The notes beneath the pieces are model-generated. The model made no database searches. It was given only the letters and a program-made list of their open reading frames with translations, and was not told where the DNA came from. This document shows, in pieces, positions 51,236-64,000 of a DNA stretch of 64,000 nucleotides. The DNA lies in NCBI RefSeq assembly GCF_018350175.1, contig NC_058368.1, forward strand, positions 131,442,001-131,506,000, read 5' to 3'. The translations under genes were made by a program, and so were the position numbers. The DNA comes from Felis catus (lineage: Eukaryota). Position 1 is the first letter of the stretch. Each line of letters opens with the position of its first letter.

Positions 51236-53362
51236 AAGGAACTCAGAAAACTAGGAATAGAAGGTAACTTTCTAAACATAACAAAGGGCATACATGAAAT
51301 ACTCATAACTAACATCAAACTGAAGGCAAAAGACTGAAAGCCTTCTCACTAAGATCAAGAACAAGACAAGGATGCCTGCTTTCACCACTGCTATTCAATA
51401 TTGTGCTAGAAATTCTAGCCAGAGCAATTAGGTAAGAAAAAGAAATACATGACTTCCAAATTGGAAAGGACAAATTATATTTATCTCTACTCAGCAATGA
51501 AATAATCCTATAGATAGAAAATCCCAAAGAATCTAAAAGAAAGTTATAGAGCTAATAAAAAATTCAGCAAAGCTGCAAGTTACAAGATCAACACACAAAT
51601 ATCAGTTGTGTTCATCAACAGTGAACAATCTGAAAGGATATTAAGAAAGTAATTTCACACTATTGTAAGCATCCTTTTAAAAGACTAAATATGTAAAATT
51701 TTAACCAAAGCTGTGAAAAATGTGTACACTAAAAGTTACAAAACACTGGTGAAATAAAAAAAAAAATGGCATAAATAGATGGAAAGTTATCTCATGCTCA
51801 TGGATTAGAGAACTTAATATTAAGATATCACTACTACCCACAGCTATCTATTGATTCAGTGCAATCCCTACCAAGATTATAATAGCACTTTTTAGAGCTA
51901 TTGTAGTAGGTGTGATCCTAGTGTGGTTTTCATTTGCATTCAATGGGCCCTGAATAACAACAACAAAAAATAAAATCCTAAAAGACAAGTACAATTTGGT
52001 AGGATTCTCACTTCCCAATTCCAAAACGTATTGCAAGGTTAGAGTAATCAACACAATGTGATACTGGCATAAGGACATAGAGATCAATGGAACATAAAAT
52101 CTAGAAATAAACCCTTTTGTCTGTGACCAGTTGACTCTTGACAAGGGTGCAAAACTAAGTCCATTAAATGGGGAAAGAGTAGCTTCTGCAGTGAATAGTG
52201 CTAAGACAACTAGATTTCCCTATGCAAAAGAATAAAACTGGACCTCTGCCTCATATAATATACAAAAAAAAAATAACTCAAAAGGGATCAAGAGCCTAAA
52301 TATAAGAGCTAAAACCTTAGAGCTCTTAAAGAAAATATAGGAGTAAATCTTCATGACTATTGAATTCTTACATATGATACCGACAGCATGAACACTATAA
52401 TAAAATTAATTGAACTTCATTAAAATTAAAAATATTGTGCATCAAAGGTACACAGGCAACCTAAACAGAAAATATTTGCACATCTTTTACCTCATAAGGT
52501 CTTAATACCCAGAATATATATAGAACTCAAGAAGACAACCCAGTTTTAAAAAGGGCAGCAGACTTGAATGGACATTTCTCCAAAGATGTACAAATAATCT
52601 GTAACTACATTAAAAGATGCTCAACATCATTAGTCACTAAGAGAATGAATGCAAATGAAAACCACAATGAGATCACACATACTAGACTAGCTATGATAAA
52701 AAATTTTTAACACAAAATTATAAGTGTTGAGAAGGATATAGAGAGATAAGAATCCTCATAGATTGCTAGTAGGGATGTAAAATGAAGCATCCCACTGTGA
52801 AAACACTTTGGAGTTTCCTCAAAAAGCTAAATACAGAATTACCATGACTTCAGTTCCTGGATATATACCCAAAAGAAATGAAAGAAGGGATTTGAATAGA
52901 TATTTGTATCTCAGTGCTTACTATTTATGATAGCCAAAACATGGAAGTAACCCAGTATCTATAAACAAATTAATGGATAAACAAAATGTGGTATATACAT
53001 AAAAGGGAATATTATTTAGCCATGAAAAGAAATGAAGTTATGATACATGTTGCAATATCAGTGAACCTTGAAAACATGCTGGATGAAAGAACCAGATACA
53101 GAATATGAATATTCTACGATCTGATTCATATGAGATATTTAGGGTTGGCAAATTCATAGAGACAAAAAGCAGAATAGAGGTTAGTAGGGACTGAGAAGAA
53201 TAGGAAATTGGGAAATTATTCCTCAGTGACTACAAAGTTTCCCTTTGTGATAATGGTTGAACAATTTTGTGAATGTAATTAATGCTATTGAGTTGTATAG
53301 TAAAAAATGGTTAAAATGGAAAATTTTATGTTCTATATATTTTTTTACCACAATAAAAAATA
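51236..53362 (+). mobile_element. Old L1 (L1MB-like) ORF2 right part and 3' UTR
   Basis: RT motifs aagatcaagaacaagacaaggatgcctgctttcaccactgctattcaa, running through to a 3' end ttttaccacaataaaaaa. Confidence 0.88.
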
Positions 53363-53456
53363 TTTTTAAAAAGGAATCATAGTATTCATTTTTACCTGGT
53401 TAACAGAAACAAAAACTTAAATATTTTTATGATTTGGTTTGGTAACATTTTAAACT

Positions 53457-54098
53457 GTAGTTCACCCTTGAACATTTGAAAATGCAGTTGAAAATATGTG
53501 TTTAACTTTTGACTCCTCCAGACTACTAATAACCTGTTGACTAGAAGCCTTGATGATAACATGAACAATCTATTAACACGTATTTTGTATATGTATTCTA
53601 TCTTGTATTCATACTGTAAAGTAAGCAAGAGAAAATCATAAGGAAAAGAAAATACATTTACATTATGCTACACAAAGTAAGTTAGTCAGAGAAAGATATC
53701 ATATGATTTCACTCATATGTGGAATTTGAGAAACTTAACAGATGAACATAAGGGAAGGAAAAATAAGATAAAAACAGAGAGGGAGGCAAACCATAAGTGG
53801 CTCTTAAATACAGAGAATAAAATGAGGGTTGATCGGGGTGGAGGGGTGGGTTAAATGGGTGACAGGCATTAAGGAGGGCACTCTTCAGATGAGCACTGCA
53901 TGTCATATGTAAGAGATGAATCACTGGTTCTACTCAAGAAGCCAAGACGACACTGTATGTTAACTAACTTGAGAATTAAAAAAATACTTTAAAAAATACA
54001 TGCCTATATGTATAGTTATTGGAAAAAAATCCATTTGGAAGTGGCCCTACACAGCTCATATCCATGTATATGATCAACTATATACAGGATCAACTGTA
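53457..54098. mobile_element. Tigger2-derived (MER8/MER28-like) TcMar MITE interrupted by an L1
   Basis: Ends tagttcacccttgaaca and gatcaactgta resemble Tigger2 terminal repeats (cagttgacccttgaaca); internal aacttttgactcc...gaagcctt. Confidence 0.7.
53665..53992 (+). mobile_element. 5'-truncated carnivore L1 3' end nested in the Tigger element
   Basis: agtcagagaaaga...tcatatgatttcactcatatgtggaattt...cactgtatgttaactaacttga plus A tail; aaaatacat flanks both sides. Confidence 0.88.
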
Positions 54099-54914
54099 TA
54101 CTGAAAATCAAACCAGTGTTACAGAATTATAAGTAATCCACAGTGTACTTTAACTTATTCAATAGAAAATAATTGATTCTGCAGGATTTATACATTTGAC
54201 TCTGGTATCCTAAAAAAATATAGGAGATAAAGATGACATTTGAAACCCATTGTGTATTAGCTTTTCAAGTATATTAACAGAGTAACTCTATACCTACTTT
54301 GACTATAAAAATATCACTCCACCTCTGCTAAGGCCTATTTATATCAATCAACTTGACACTACAAACGTCTTATGTAATAGGATAATACAGAGCAGTAAAA
54401 TACCGTGCTTCAACCTTTTGTCTGTCCAATCACACATGAAATATAGCACACATATCTTTTTTTTTAAAGCATCTAACTACATGTAAGCTGTAGGATGGGT
54501 AAGATGTAAGATGGGTAAAGCTGGAAGGTGTCTTATTGTCCTCATTCTTCAACTTCAGAAACTCAGTAAGAAAGGTGAAGTAACTTGCTCAGGATCACAT
54601 AGTTGTTAACTAGCAGAACTGGGACTCAAGCTGTCCCCAAATGAAAGAGAAAGAACTAGGTTCAAATCTTAATATAAATTACTTTACCTCCATAAACCTT
54701 AATTTCCTTATTTGTAAAGTGTTGATGAATTCAGTGCTTACTGCAGTGAAGTAGGAACCAGTAAGTCAGCATGAACTCTGAGCATTGAACTCTGAGCATG
54801 CAGTGTGTCCATCTCGCTTACCGATTTATCTGAGGGCTTAACCCAATGCTTGGCATATGACAGATGATTTTTTTTCCTTTTTAAATACTGCTCTGAGTAA
54901 TAGTAATTCATGAT

Positions 54915-55540
54915 GGCCGCACTTTTGGTCTCATGGAGGAAAGCTTTATTAATTACAAGGGAAAGGGAATAAAAGGAATTAAACAATTATAGTAAACCTA
55001 AGAGGGAGAGAAGAACAAAGAAGGCTTTGTCTAATACATCAAATCAGGTACTCACAGCATCCAGCCTTCTGGCTGCAGAAGCCCCGTGGTGAACAGCCAG
55101 GTTGGAGTCCCCACTGAGGGTGCTTGGCAGACTGGCCTCCCCTCAGGTGAGACTTCCAACCAACTATTCCTCCAGGGCATTATATATATACTACCTATGT
55201 ATGATTTGTGATTAGTCATTAAGTTTGCCTAACTGCAGTCCTGAGGGAACTAGATTTTTTTTTTTTTTAATTTCTCTCTGTTTCTCTTACGTATCTCACA
55301 GTCTTAGGAGCCTGGGCATGTGCACATTTCTCTTCCCTCCCTGATGCATCCCACGGGGCCAGCCTGGTCTGGCTCAAGGAGGTGATGACAAGTTAATCCC
55401 TCTTGATATCAGGAACAGAAGGGCCAGTTCTGATCCCAAGGCCAGATACAGAGTACAAACCAACCAAGTGCCCCCTGATTGTCTATGTGCAGCTCTGGGC
55501 AGAAATACATGACAAGTCACACAAACAACTTCTGTGCAGA
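54915..55540 (-). mobile_element. Possible ancient ERV LTR
   Basis: GC-richer island with ctttatt (AATAAA on the - strand) and a TATA-like tract; family not identified. Confidence 0.35.
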
Positions 55541-55739
55541 ACACATACTAATTTCAAAGCTCTCTGAAGTAACCTCTAAAGGATATTTTTTCTTAAGAAC
55601 TACAAAATGTATCTCAAATACATTCCTAATAATATTCCATTCCAGCTAAAAATATATTTGGGAGTCTTGATTTGAGCCATTCTCAAAAAAATAGGCTAAT
55701 TATTCATTCTATTTTCTGATGTGTTTCCTTATATACAGG

Positions 55740-55850
55740 CACTCACTCATCCATCCATTCAACAAACATATTTAGTGCCCAGTATAAGCACTGTGAAAGT
55801 TGCTGAAAATTGAAAAAGATGTATGAGATAATTGTTCACAGTCTTTATGT
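55740..55850 (-). mobile_element. L2 3' end fragment
   Basis: catccatccattcaacaaacatatttagtgcc is the reverse complement of the L2 terminus. Confidence 0.65.
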
Positions 55851-56319
55851 CTCTGAAAGAATCTTCAAAATAATGGAACCTACTTTATGGTCTTTGATGT
55901 TGAATGTAAATTTGAAACTTATTTGGGGGGAGGCAGGAAGTGATAGCCTTTATCTTCTAGGACATGGGAGAAATCCTTCTGGGGTAAAACTGTTTTTATA
56001 AAGTAGAGTTTACAAAGTGGCAGAAGTACCTGTTTGAGATTCAGAAATCCTGGTTCTTCTTTATACACTTGCTCAACCTGATTGTGACTTGCAGATTTTC
56101 TTCACAGTCCTTTCTCACTCTTTATTTTAAACAGTTTGACATTTCTCCAAGGGGACTTTTCCATGTGTAGGGAAAAAAAAAAAGAAAAGAAGTCAGATTC
56201 AACTCTTGTGATTATTACCCTTTTTCTCTTTTTGGTAGCTTTAAGGGTTACTCTGTGATTTTCAATTAGAATTGATAGTGATGTTGAAATATTTTCCCCT
56301 TGAGAACTCTGCTGGACAT

Positions 56320-56588
56320 AATCTTAAGCTTTAGGACCTAGGACAGCTGAGCAGCCTCTGTCTGGTATATTAGTGGCTGCTGTGGAGGAGGAAAAAAGAC
56401 TGATGCAGCCTCTCAAACTGATAAATGCTGTACCCCGAAGTGATGCACAGTATTTTGTTTGAGCAATCGTTTTCATTGGTAATGTTTCACGGCCATGCCT
56501 AACTTCTAAGGGGCAGGGAAGTGCACAATAAACCACGTACTCAGAAGGAGACCAGATTATTTGTGAAGAGCCCTAAATGCACCACAGT
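56320..56588 (-). mobile_element. MaLR LTR (MLT1-like) fragment
   Basis: ttcattgg...cacggccatgcctaacttc is the reverse complement of MLT1 gaagttaggcatggcc. Confidence 0.6.
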
Positions 56589-56864
56589 TGTGCAAATTTT
56601 AGTCCAATACATTTGAAAACTGGGATAAAATGGAAAATGTCACGTAAAAGTTCCAAAACCAACTCAAGAAAAACTTAGAAAACATGAACAGACCAGCAAC
56701 TAATAAATTGATCCAACTAATAAAGAATTGGTATTTAAAAATTTACCCCTACACCTAGAAAGACAGTGGACCCAAATCATTTTACAGGCTATATTTACCA
56801 AACCATCAAGATTTTAATTTTATGCACATTGTTTCAGACAGTAAATAGGGCACAAAATTGTCAA

Positions 56865-57330
56865 TGTTGAGAACCCTTAAGGGTCTAAGATTTACCCTAT
56901 TTGCAAGCTAACAGGTTAGTCTTCCAGTTTCATGGATGCCTGCAAAAAGCGTAAGATTTCTGGGTCAGAAACAAAGGATGGTCTATTACTCAGAGAAGTA
57001 GCCAAAACAGCAGAATTTGTGGTGGGCACCTGAGCCCTCTTTCTCACAGAGCATATAGGTAGGCCCAGGCAATAACTACACACAAAGTGGAGTGTGTTAC
57101 ATAGAGCTCCGAGCTTATAAAATTCAATTCTTTTATAACAGCATTAAATATGCTATATTCTAAGGCTACAAATCACACCTTCCCAGAGGGAGACATACTA
57201 TCTGCCAAAACTGTTTGCTATAGGAATATCTTTCAAAAAATAGTACAGAACAAAGGCAGTTATTACTTATGTTTGCAAGATATGCAGATACACAGAGACC
57301 CATGTAAAATTGTCACCTATTTGCCAACAC
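56865..57330 (-). mobile_element. Solo ERV LTR (MER39-like) inserted in an ancient + strand L1 fragment (about 56590-57665)
   Basis: tgttg...caaca termini; ttgcaagctaacaggttag and ctgggtcagaaacaaagga motifs; L1 ORF2 sequence on both flanks. Confidence 0.6.
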
Positions 57331-58639
57331 ATTTTATGGAGCCAATAAAATCATGATAAACCAGGCAAACATAACATAAAACATAAAATTATACACCAAT
57401 CATCCTTACAAACATACGCATGAAAACTCCATATAAAATACATAAAGCTGAATTCATCAGTGTACAGAAACAAATATCATGAATATAAGGAATTTATCTA
57501 GGTATGAAAGGAAGGATGAAACATTAGAAAATCTATCACTTTATCACTTTAGATTTTTTAAAATTATTCAACATTTAAAAAAATCTGTGTGAATTCATCA
57601 CATTAACAGATTAAAGAAGAAAACCATATGAATATCTTGAAAGATACAGGAAAGCTATTTTGACTTGACTAAACGAGTATGTTTAATATTGGCACAAGAA
57701 TCCAAATTTTCTGATTTCTTGATAAGAATGACTTTCCCTGCACTGTGCTTTTTTTTCCCACTATAATATCGGGGTGGGGGGGAAGAGTTGAAGTTTATGT
57801 CTTTATTGTGTTTTTTTACTTTAAAAATAGCATAGTTAGAAGGTAGTAATATTATTAGATACTCTTTAAACCATGTCTAATACCAAACTAATCATTATTG
57901 GTTTATCACCAGTGGTAGGTTGTGGTTAAGTTCATGTAAAAGTGAATTCCTGGTGCAGAAGCCTCTCAGGCTATTAATCCCAATCCAAACTTTCTTGGAA
58001 TAAAGTAGTTGTCTATATTACAACATTTACATTGAGTATTGTCAAAATGGTTTTAGGTGTATTATCTTCTAGGCTATGCATGTTAAATGAGGGCAAAAAT
58101 TGGTTTGGGGGGCACCAAAAAATCCTAGATAATGCATTTGTTTGTGGCCCTCAAAATCTCAACTCCACCTGACAAAATGTATTCATTCCTATTTAATTTC
58201 TCTCATTAGGGAGAAATCAGATTTAAGTTAATTTAATTTATTGATTAGAATACTTAAATTTAAATTTAACTTATTTTTCCCCTTATGGAGGTGATAATTT
58301 AAAAACGAAGCTTGAGAAACATTTTTAAAAAGATTCATTGTTTTTTAAAACAGGAATTATGTCTTAAAATATCTTTAAACCCTCAGCCACTAACAGATAG
58401 TAAATACACACTCTATAAATATTGACTAGATCTCAGAGTTTCAGTATCTGATATTCTGACATTCTATTTAAAGTTAGCCACTGCCTTAAGAAAATCAACT
58501 CATACTTGAAGGAAATAGAAACCTTTTTGTTCGAACCATCAGTGATTGAATCAGAAAAGATAGATGTAATATGAAGAACAAGCTCTAGCAACAAAAGGTA
58601 GCTTCTTTCTCCTAAGAAGAGTAGTAGCCAGAGTAATAA

Positions 58640-58800
58640 TAATAATAACAACCTAACAAGAAGAAAAAAATCTAACAGTCATTGAACCAGGCCTTCATAG
58701 TGGACCAGGCCTATGCTTTATGTATGTTAATTCACCTAATCCTCAAAATAGCCCAATGAATTAGGCCCTCTCATTATGATCATTTTACAGTGGAATCAGT
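58640..58800 (-). mobile_element. MIR SINE
   Basis: taatcctcaaaatagcccaatgaattagg...cattttacag is the reverse complement of the MIR core. Confidence 0.6.
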
Positions 58801-59675
58801 AATCACTGGTTAGTATAATGGCAACTTTTCTAATGTCATAATGTACCTAATACTTACCAAGTAACAATATCTATAATGTGATCTTCTTTTCGTCAGATTT
58901 TGATTGAGAAAATCGCAATCATCTCATCTAATTTATAGCTTTGGAAATTCCAAAATTGTTATAAAGACCTACTCACTAACTCTCCACTTAAAAAATTTTA
59001 AGAAATTAATATTAAACAAGAAATGATCATTATCCACCATACCTAAAGAACTTACTGCCCTGAGCCATCTTGGGTCACCATCACCTTCTGGTATTCAAAG
59101 CTGGAAATTAGCACAAATGAGGCTACCTGAAGAATGAAAGGGGAACTATTAGTAGTTATATCCTGACAACAAGGGTAAACAGAGACTGTCCTGGAGAATA
59201 GCATAGATGATCTCTCTACTCATCTTTCGTGCCATGTCTACTCTTAGCTCTGCTTTTTTCTGTAGCTATTCCATTAATACCATTATTCCTTTGACCCAAA
59301 CAAGTGAAACTTGAATCTGAAACATCTAAGGTTTATAAATAATCCTTTAGGTCAGAAAAATCACTTATTTTTTACATATAATAATAATTTCCATTAACAG
59401 TGTTACCTGTTCTCCAGCCTCTATTTGTGAAGAAGTTTTTGAAAACGTATATAAACTACTTTAGGAATATTTGGGTTATGTGTTAGGATAATTTTTGAAT
59501 GTGAGAAAAACTCTTCCCACTTCCCCTCTATCCTATACCAACATGTTATGATGGTATGTAATGTTAACTGAGGAAAACTGGAAGTCTGGTAACACAGAAA
59601 GATTGATTTCATTAGTTTGTTTTCTATGTGTTACAATATGTTGAAAATTGCATATGCCCAGTTAAATGGATTTAC

Positions 59676-59676
59676 A

Positions 59677-59765
<89 letters not shown>
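59676..59765. repeat. Compound (TG)n(TA)n microsatellite
   Basis: Direct reading. Confidence 0.95.
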
Positions 59766-59768
<3 letters not shown>

Positions 59769-59827
59769 TCAGATAAACTACTAGCACAAAGTAGACCAGA
59801 GCCTTAATTAAAAAGAATTCTATTAAA

Positions 59828-60045
59828 GGGTACCTAGGTGGCTCAATCGATTGGATGTCCAACTTCGGCTCAGGTCATGATCTCGCAGTTCGTGGGTTCG
59901 AGCACTGTGTCAAGTTCTGTGCTGACCGCTTAGAGCCTGGAGCCTGCTTTGGATTCTGTCTCTCTCTCTCTGCTCCTCCCCTGCTCATATGCTCACTCTC
60001 TCTCTCTGTCTTTCTCTCTCTCTCAAAAATAAATAAATATTTAAA
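59828..60045 (+). mobile_element. Can-SINE (SINEC_Fc-like)
   Basis: Head, ggctcaggtcatgatctcgc, (CT)n and AATAAA; TSD aattctattaa. Confidence 0.94.
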
Positions 60046-60314
60046 AATTCTATTAAGAAATCAGATTAGAGTTAATACTAATAAGGCAAACAAAAAAAGT
60101 AGAGGGGATGACACATCATCCTAGTGTAAACATTTTTTCGGCTATAAAAATTAATTATAATATAAAATATTATAGGAAGTTAGCCAAAAAACATAAATTA
60201 TTAAAAATATATTTGAACTATGGCCCTCTAATTTATTCTAAAATATCATTTCACCTTTACCTCATCCTTTAAAATTTTGTTTATAATCCACATAATACAA
60301 GTAAATATAATTTA

Positions 60315-61130
60315 TAAATCAACACTGAAAATATTAAGAGTGACTGGAAAAGACACAACTAAATAGAAGGCTATTCCATGTTCATTGGTTAGAAAACTTA
60401 ATATTAAGAAGTTCATGCTACTCAAAGCAATATAAAGATTCAACACAATCCCTATCAAAATACCAAGGGCATTTTCACAGAAATAGAAAAAAAAATCCTA
60501 AAATTCTTATGGAACCATAAAAGAATCCCAAATAGTCAAAGCAATCTTGAGAAAGAAAATTCCTGATTTCAAATTTTATCGCAAAGCTATAGTAATCAAA
60601 ACAGTGTGGTACTGGCATAAAAATAGACACCTATACCACCAGCTAACTTTCAGTAAGGGTGCCAGGGATACACAATGAGGAAACAATAGTCTCTTTAATA
60701 AATGTTGCTGGGAAAACTGGATTGCCACATGCAAAAGAATGAAATTGGACCCCTATCTTGTACCATACACAAAAATCTACTCAAAAAAAGTTAAATAGAT
60801 CTGGAACCGTAAAAGTCTGCAAGAAAACATTGAGGCTAAGTTCCCTGACATGAGCTGTGGCAATGATTTTTGGTTATAACCACAAAACTCAGGGGAAAAA
60901 ATGAAAAATAAACAAGTGGGACTACCTCAAACTAAAAAGTTTTTCCATAGCAAAAGAAACAACAAAATGAAAAGGCAACCACTATAGTGGGAGAAAATAT
61001 TTGCAGATCATACATCTGAGAAGAGACACTGGAAATTCGCCAGTAGAGTAGGCTTTTACGTGCCTTTATATGGAATATGTCTTACAACTTAAATATGTAC
61101 AATTTTTATTTTAAAACGTAAAATAAAACC
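60315..61130 (+). mobile_element. L1MA-like ORF2 3' portion joined to a shortened 3' end
   Basis: attccatgttcattgg, aaagctatagtaatcaaaacagtgtggtactggcataaaaatagacac and ccacatgcaaaagaatgaaattggacccc are ORF2 motifs. Confidence 0.85.
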
Positions 61131-64000
61131 TATAAACAGTAATCTAGAATTGTCCATCATCCAAGAAATTTGACTTTAAATAACTGTACTAATACCCAAG
61201 TGAGTGTAACCTTGCCATCAGAATAAGCAGCCTGATCTAGAGCCTAATTTTTAACATTTCTTCCATTGTTAAGAATGGTGAACCACAATCTGCTTCAAGC
61301 TTGAGACTAAGAAAACCTTTATCACCAGAGTTACTAGCAACTACCAAAATACTCAAGCTGTAAATAATTAGCATGCACATATTAAAAAGAAAAAGGACAA
61401 CATTTCACAAGGAGATACAATAATTCTAAGATATATATTTCATTTAGTCATAAAAGAACTATCACTTTTTTAAGGTGGGTACTGGCAGTTTATTTCCTTG
61501 GTTTTTCATTCCGCCTCAAAATATTAATGTTGTACCCTGGGAGATTAGAAATTTTGGATTTCCTTATTTGAGGCCCTCCCTTGAGGTCTATTGCATGTAT
61601 CTCTCTGTAGATATAGATCTAGTCCTGAAATCCTTCCACAGCTCCCCTGCCCTACCCTGTCCTTCTTTCAGATCTCTATAGGTACAGATCTACCCAAAGC
61701 TTCTGTAGACAGAGTGCAAGTGTCTATTACACTGCCTGAACATAGTAGGCTATAATGTCTGAAACATGCCTGGCCAGGGTGGCCTCAGAACAAATGGGAC
61801 TTTAGCGTTGTCTAGGGAGCCATGTGGAAGAATGGCTCCCTTAATAAAGTAGGAGGAAGGCTGTGTCAGAGTGTTTGGAAGGTCTCTGTACCCTTGGGGA
61901 TGGCACTTCTGTGTGTATTACACAGAGCTAGAAATGGGGCTGCAGCCACACTGGAGTCCACCACCAGCCACCCCAGAGGAATCTCAAGTCCAGGAGCCGG
62001 TACTGTCAATGGGTGGCCTGTGCCATACATATCTGTGAGCTTTCGGGGTCCCTGGCTTGGTTCCCTGGTGGAACTTTGCTGTATAGTGAGTTGTTGGTAG
62101 TTGCGTTTGAGGCTGAGGCCCCAGGGGCTTTGATCTACAAGGATATCCCACCCAACTGTACAAACACCAGGCTGCCACAAAATGATCCTGTCACCCTCTC
62201 ATCACCTTGACCTGAGAATTAGGAACCAGGATCCACCTGTCTACAAGACATTCTCCTGGCGCTCGTAGGGTGTTGCAGTCTTAGTGATGTTCAACCTCAG
62301 GCACTGCCTGGCAACTGCCTTCAATGGACGGACAAAAAAGATCCACAAAATAAACACATGACAATGCAAATGACCATTTGGCCTGATCAGCTAAAATTGG
62401 GACTCAGCACTTGGACCATCTTGGGCAGTTTATGCTTTCCCAAAATGCTCTGCATTTCGGACCCCACCCCCAAAAGAAGGTCTAACGCACTCTGTGTCAA
62501 GTCCCCCTGCACACATGTTTCCTTATGCTGTAAGGTAGCTCTCAAACAATGCCAGCTGAAAACTGAAATCGAAGAGCCACCAACTGCCTGGGAAAGATCC
62601 CATCGTGTTTCCATTAGATGGTCCCTTTATTTATACAGATGATGTTTTCTTTAGCTAAAGCCAGTGGTTTTTCTGGAACCGAAACACATAAGCACTGACA
62701 AACACACAGTCACATACAAACACGCTCACACCTACCATTATTAAATGCTAATTGACTGTATTTAATTCCTGGTATAATTAGTCCCTTTACCAAACACTTT
62801 TGTTTAGATCCAGTTGTCTTCTTATAGTGCAAATAGTTCACTTTCAGAGCCCTGGGAGGCAAAAGGATATAGTAGGGGATTTTTGGTCTGTTTGTATTTT
62901 TTTGTATGTTTGATGGTTGGTTAGTTTTATAATTTGCTAGCACTTGGAGTTCACTAAAATAACTGACTGGTTGCATTTTTCATCCAGTCTTCCTTTCAAC
63001 CACTGTTGTGACTTTAACCGTAATAAGGAGGTTATATTTTTAAAATACCTTTTAATGAGATGTAAAATGGTACTTCCTGTTTCCGTTGTTTTCATTTATA
63101 TGATTTTCTTTATGCACTCCCATGTTATCGGAATTGTCTTTTCCTTCTCCCATGTTCTTAAGCAGTGCTTTCATCTTAGAGCTCACGTCTCTCTTGACAT
63201 ACCCTGCAAAGAGCAGTCAAGAGCATGAAAACCCAGCTAGAGCCAATCAATACACAAAGTAATGGAATCTAACAAAGAACAACTATTTTCTATAAGTGAA
63301 AAGTAGGGAGGCCTCACTCACTCTCAGACTGGGAATAGAATCACGTCCACTGCACAAGTACCTGGTAGCATCTCGATTTAGCCCAGACGTTCCACATTCA
63401 CGTCTCCCATGTATTTTCTTCAAGGTGGTTGCTACATTATCACTTACTTCTGAGTTTTCCTTTTTATATACCAGTTTCCTTAAGTAGGCCCACGCTTCAA
63501 AATTTATAAAAATTAAAGCTAAATTTCTTCAAAGGCCTACTGTTTTGTCTGCGCAGTTTATTCACTGCTGAAATGAGACATTTTTCTCATCGAATTTTGC
63601 TCAAATAACAATGAACTTCTTACAGTAAAAGATAAAAGGTTAAGTTAGTGACCAGAAGTTACAGAGAGCACTTGTGAAAATAAAACCTGAACAAGTTTAA
63701 ACTTAGAAAATGCTCTCATGTGAAAAAAAATTAAAAATCTGTGAGGATCAAAGGTAATCAAGTTATTAGATGGTGTAGATGAGAAATTGGGAGACCCGAA
63801 GTGATCAAATAACTTGCCCAAGAAAGTGACAGAACAAGGCTTGTCTCCTGATTCCATATCCCATACTCTGCTAATTTTACTGTTCCTGCCCTAAAAACCC
63901 TTAACTAGAAGAGACTTCTCCTAGTTCTTATCATTGGCGGGGGCTGGGCGGCGGGGGGGAATGTCAGGAATACAACCTACCACTCAATGGAATCAAGATA

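Noticed and set aside
63937..63960. G-rich ggcgggggctgggcggcggggggga as a promoter or GC box
   Set aside because: An isolated 24-nt tract with no surrounding CpG island; G-quadruplex potential alone is not evidence of function.
20566..64000. Final RNF180 exon encoding the transmembrane anchor
   Set aside because: By eye I found no sequence encoding the expected [24 protein letters not shown]-like peptide; it is presumably beyond the window end.

Overview
This is AT-rich mammalian genomic DNA from a carnivore, most likely a felid: it carries 17 tRNA-derived Can-SINEs of the feline SINEC_Fc type and carnivore L1 ends. The whole window lies inside one + strand gene, which I recognise as RNF180 (RING E3 ubiquitin ligase, Rines). 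Two coding exons are present: the 226-nt C3HC4 RING exon (10566-10791) and the following 126-nt exon (20440-20565), which splice in frame. I did not find the upstream exons or the final transmembrane exon, so they presumably lie outside the window. The rest is intron filled with SINEs, nested L1 fragments of several ages, LTR and DNA-transposon relics, and microsatellites. Almost all other ORFs in the track are repeat-derived or spurious. I see no evidence of a novel multi-gene system. The best leads are modest: three antisense L1s that keep both ends but have lost most of ORF2, a candidate RING-less alternative terminal exon with a hydrophobic tail (8235-8315), and inverted SINE pairs beside the RING exon. 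Repeat subfamily names are from memory of consensus sequences, and boundaries of old repeats are approximate.
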